From Lingula anatina (lineage: Eukaryota; Animalia; Brachiopoda), in NCBI GenBank assembly GCA_051362555.1, contig CM120644.1, forward strand, positions 11,368,567-11,432,566: 64,000 bases of DNA. The letters are read 5' to 3'. The notes below the pieces were generated by a model. The model saw nothing but the letters and a program-made list of their open reading frames with translations. It was not told where the DNA came from and did no database searches. The position numbers were made by a program, and so were the translations under genes. Position 1 is the stretch's first letter. Each line of letters begins with the position of its first letter. Positions 59,401 through 64,000 of the stretch are shown here, in pieces.

Positions 59401-60961
59401 TCACTATAATATGAAAGCTTTGGTCTGTGTAGTTTCTGAAAATTTGCAAAAGATTTTTTCATAGAAAATTCCCATTAATTATTACAGAATTTTACCCTAT
59501 TTGACCTTGAAAGAAAGGTGAAATCCAAGGGGATATTTGAAATCTCCACACAACTTTCAGTCAGACTTCTACACAAAGACTTTTATAGTAACTTCCTTTG
59601 GTTTGTGATATATTCAACACAAAAATTTTTACAAGGGTGCATTGTGAAGAATGTCATACCTAGGCGAATGCACAGACAGAGCCCAAAATCTACAGGGTTC
59701 AAGTTCAGATTATATGTGACCTAAATCAAAGAGATGGGGACACAGGCCCTCGTAATCTAGGAGAAGTGGTAACGTGGACTTGTAGCCTTGAGCATAAAGC
59801 TGAGACGATGGAACTGGTGAAAGCCATACAAGGCGGGTCAGAGCTAAAACCATGAGTACCCCCAGTGCTCAAGCTGGTGGTACTACTATCAATAATAATA
59901 ATGATAATAATTAAAACAATAATAATATTTACCTGCCAAAGCTCCAGATTTATCTAGACTTTTCCTTCTTCTTCCCCACAGAGACAAGAATATGGGAGCC
60001 AGAATGGAAAACAACCATCGCCAAGGTGATATGGGTTCAAAAAACCCTGAAAATATGAATTTTGAACGAAAATATGAAGCTGGACATGACTAAACTGGTC
60101 CAAGGGCATGGTTGCTTTTTCATAAAGCCCAAGGTATGAAATGGCACTCTGGTGTTTCTGAGGCGTTTGGACTCAACAGAGGTATATAGACCTGATTTTG
60201 GCTTTTTCATACATCATTTTTACAAACGAGGCACACTTTGCTGTCACCTTGCTTGGTTTGTAAACGATTGTTGTAGAATCGCTATATGATTAATAAACCG
60301 ATGCAGAAACTATTCTTGTACTTGTATAGCAGTCAACTGGGTTTCTCTTCCCTCACAAGTCCTACAGGAGGACACCTTCCTCAGCGTAGGAAGATATTAT
60401 TAGCAATGACATCCATAGACTATCAATGAGTACAATGTATCAATCTACCAGTAAGACTTAACTTCAAGCCCGATTACAAAGTAAAAATGAAAGTAACACA
60501 GTCTTAACTTCAAGCCCGATTACAAAGTAAAAATGAAAGTAACACAGTCTGGGTTTAGGGCTTGACATTGAGGGTTGCGTGGTTGTGTTTTTCTATATTA
60601 TATAGTATGTTTTCTGAAATCTCTTTTTGTGAAAAAAAAATGCAGTGAAACCGGCATAACCTTGTATATGGATTTTTTAAATCTGGAACAGCAACTAAAC
60701 CAAAGAGCCTGTTTGCATTCAGTAGCAACCTACAGCACACTGTACTGAAAAAAAGTTAACGACGAGCCCTGCTGGCTTGCAAGTAAAGACTAGCTTCAAA
60801 AACTAATGCAAGGGGACCACAATACCTCCATCTCCACTGTACGTATTCAGAATGACACTTATCACCCAGAATCCTAGAGAGATTGGAATAATTGCACATA
60901 AAAGTATAATCATAAACATGATTTGAAGATCCCTCAAAAATAGGTCAAGGTCATGAAGCAT
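56407..60961 (-). CDS. TMEM19: Transmembrane protein 19 (DUF92 family)
   Basis: Exons 60961 (or 60919)-60826, 60046-59933 (PISPWRWLFS...KSLDKSGA), 58676-58539, 58200-58051 (GGQRNWVQVLCNG), 57757-57653 (GDTFASELG...PRLITTLEKVP), 57223-57008 (GTNGGVT...DSLLGATLQYSG), 56573-56407 (LDNHGVNLLSS). Confidence 0.95.
58668..58830. repeat. Five ~35-40-bp tandem units containing the TMEM19 exon 3 splice acceptor
   Basis: tcaattatcagtcctaaaattaaaa repeated; the minus strand reads ttttag|gactgat. Confidence 0.9.
59140..59387. mobile_element. PIF/Harbinger-like MITE, family copy B (inverted relative to 44549-44762), in TMEM19 intron 2
   Basis: TIRs attcccacagatttagatcgatc / gatcgatctaaatatctgtgggaat; internal ggggttcacgctaaatagctgt is the reverse complement of copy A sequence. 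Confidence 0.8.
60457..60550. repeat. Perfect 46-bp direct tandem duplication in TMEM19 intron 1
   Basis: cttaacttcaagcccgattacaaagtaaaaatgaaagtaacacagt occurs twice. Confidence 0.95.
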
Positions 60962-63900
60962 ATAGTTGTCGCTTATACTATAACAACAAGTACCACATTT
61001 TGCAAATATAGCGTGAACCATCTATTTGCACAATAATCATATATTGTTAGTCTATAAAAAGGGTAAAAATGAAAGTTATCAGAAATATATATATATATAT
61101 ACACTGTACACTAATATGCACTAAGCGGCCATGTAATGCACAAATCGTCACATGATTTTATCACAAGCCGAAAGCCGATATTTGATCCCGGTTGCTTTGA
61201 CAAGTGGGCACTTTATCTACCTGACGCAAAACTGTGTTTAAATATGCAACAGTAAAAGAGGCACAACTCGGAACACAAGGTATGTTCAATAATTACAAAC
61301 ATGTGGCAAATAAGCGTAGATATTTCTCACATAAATTTATCATTGAACAAAACAATGGCACGAAGACGTGAACTTGAAGTCAACATCGTTTTTGAGTGTC
61401 AGACAACCATTACATTTAAGCCGACTAAACGTAATTATAAACATATCATTGTGACCTGAATTATGCTGAAGCATACTGCTTTAACGATATGTTTTTGTTG
61501 TTGTGGGCATCAAAATATAAGTCTTGAAAGAGCACTCACTTCCACCGACTTATTCCCCATTGGTGATTTATGATAAATAATTATCACACTACAGAGGTAG
61601 ATGATAAGTGCTTACTGCATGTGTCGCAAAAAAGGGAAAGTGAAAGTTTGCCTTACACCAAGAAGAACAGTTGTGACTTGTTTTTGCGTTATACTTAAAA
61701 AGCAAAAATCCAGTCTTATCTATTATAGATATTTGATATTGAGTTTTATACTTAATTGATCTGAAGTTATCTATTTTATAAATAAAATAATCTTGTGAAG
61801 CACTTCTTTTTAAAGGTTATTTACTAGTACAAATTTTCAATAAATTCGAAACATCTTAGTAATTTATATTAAAAATTGTTTTCTCAAAGCTATCAAAATT
61901 TCTATCAGGAATCATGAACATTTTAATCCAAACAATACATCAAGCTCAAGGCTGTTGAAATTCCAATGAATGTGGTTGTACACCCTTGCTTTGAAAAATA
62001 AAATTAGACACTAGAGACAACTCGGCATCAGTTCATCAGATGAAGATTTTCATATTTTTGTATGCAATATAAAAAAATATTAGACTAAGTACAAACATTT
62101 CTCACGGTACAGAACATTTAATCAGGCTTTCAGATAATATTGATAACATTTACTTCCTTTATAACCTAGCTGCACTGTATGTTGCTAAAAACATATGTTA
62201 TCTTGTCAGTTTATAAATTTATAAATGAAATGTTATTTTTTTAATACAAACTATATTTAGCAATGTTCAGTCTGAGTAATGTTTTACTAATTTTCAAATT
62301 TGTACTTTAATATATATGTGTATAGATTAATTTCTCAATCTTAACTATTTTCAATTTTTTTTTCAAAAACAAAAAGTTTACATGTACATAATATTGACCC
62401 CCTTTTCAAAATTTCACTTTTAACTTAACTTTACACTTACAGATTACACTGAGTGAGATTATAATTATTCACCATCTTTATTGAAATGCTGTGGTCATCC
62501 TTAATTGAACTTGATTTTAAAATTGATGTCACAATTGTTCAATTTTTAAAGGTTATTCAATTCTTAGCATCTCTTGAGGATTTTTTTAAATAGAACTGCT
62601 AGGTTCTTTTTCATTTGTAGAAGCAGCAGTGCTATCTATCTACCTGCATTTTTATCAAACTATAAGGCACTTGCAGCTTAATTATACATGACACCTCAAA
62701 AAGGCTGGTTTGACATGATAATAAGTTAGCCCGTTTAGATATATATTCATTAAACGTCTCTTTTTATACCCAGTTGGGACTAGGCCTAGGCCCAGTATCT
62801 AGCTACCATTACAAAACTGTGGGAGTAGATAATATATCATGATACAAGACAAAGATATGTGAATATTCAATGCGCACAGTCTCTGTCAAGAATGCCTGCA
62901 TGTGCACATGCATACAATGCGATGCATGTGCATGCATCCAGGCCTACGCACACTAATGCTGGTTCAGTATGTACTCTTGCACTCTTGTTGATAAGAAAGG
63001 CATGGAGAAGCCAGGGTTTAATACTGGATTATCAATTGTCTTCCTGTCACAATGACCACAGTGTCATCCTATTGACCTGTTTTGTAAGTGTCATTGATCC
63101 CTTCAACCTTTGAGTGATAAAAAGCTTTATGTAGTTTGCATTCAGTTACTAGTACTGAATTTATGATGAAACTCAATTAACCTTTAAATTTGAAAATAGA
63201 TTCTTCCTTATGTGATACAGACAATATTGCTAGTATTTAAATACATTTTCTCCTGTGCAGTTCCTCAATTCTACCTCAGAAAAATCATTTAAAAACTGCT
63301 TTATGACTTTTTCTGCAATTTTCTGTTCTGTTGTGGATTAAAGCTAACTTATTTAATGTAAATAGTTTAAATGCAACTCTAGTTTGGATAATAAAAATAA
63401 AGAAAAGTTATAACAGTAAATGTTGTAATTTAGAAAATAAATGATCAAAGTAATAATTTTTCAACAAAAATAATGTGGGAAAAGGGAGCCATAAACATAA
63501 GTGATTAAAATGACAAAATGTACTTTAAGGGCTGTGAAAAATATGTCCATTAAAAAAAACAAAAAAACATAGTGTCTACATGTTATCAGTCAATATCAAT
63601 AACCAGCACTGTTGTGATGATATAAGGGTGAACTGTTTAGATTGGGAGATAAAAAGAAGTGTTCTCACTTCCCAGTTGTGTAATAACTATCATGGTATTT
63701 GCAAGGCGACCCTTCAGGCAGCTAAAAGGCTGAACTTTCTGCACTAATAGGTAGTATAAAAATGGTGACATTGTCACAGGTAAAATTAAACTTAATGAGT
63801 GTGATGTACATGTACAAGGTTTTAATGAGGGTGTATACTAGTACTGTTAAATGAATTGTTTTACAATTCAAAAGATAGTTTGGCTAAGATAATCTATACC

Positions 63901-64000
63901 AAAAGACAATTTGAAGGCTCATAAGTCATTTACCCTTCGTTGTATAAACCAAGTGCATCTTTATCTAACTCAGAGTATTGCCATTATTAATACTGTGATC

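Overview
AT-rich, intron-containing genomic DNA from an invertebrate animal, probably a lophotrochozoan; the taxon cannot be fixed from sequence alone. Left to right: (1) four co-oriented alpha-tubulin genes (632-23941), each with an ATG-only exon 1, a 223-bp exon 2 and a long exon 3, showing near-identical exons but largely unrelated introns; (2) a two-exon class I SAM methyltransferase (HNMT-like motifs) inserted between tubulins 2 and 3; (3) an 8-coding-exon SLC43-family MFS transporter (30295-35842); (4) a ~3.1-kb tandem duplication carrying two 184-aa EF-hand genes of the SCP / Renilla luciferin-binding protein / photoprotein fold, with a further duplicated promoter; (5) a head-to-head pair of small secreted two-TSR (thrombospondin type 1) genes; (6) TMEM19 on the minus strand, with tandemly amplified exon boundaries. 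Several MITEs and microsatellites are interspersed. The best candidates for novel biology are the luciferin-binding-protein-like EF-hand pair and its remodelled 5' end, the methyltransferase inside the tubulin array, and the TSR pair. All exon models were assembled by eye from GT-AG sites and reading-frame continuity. Family calls rest on remembered motifs, not database searches.
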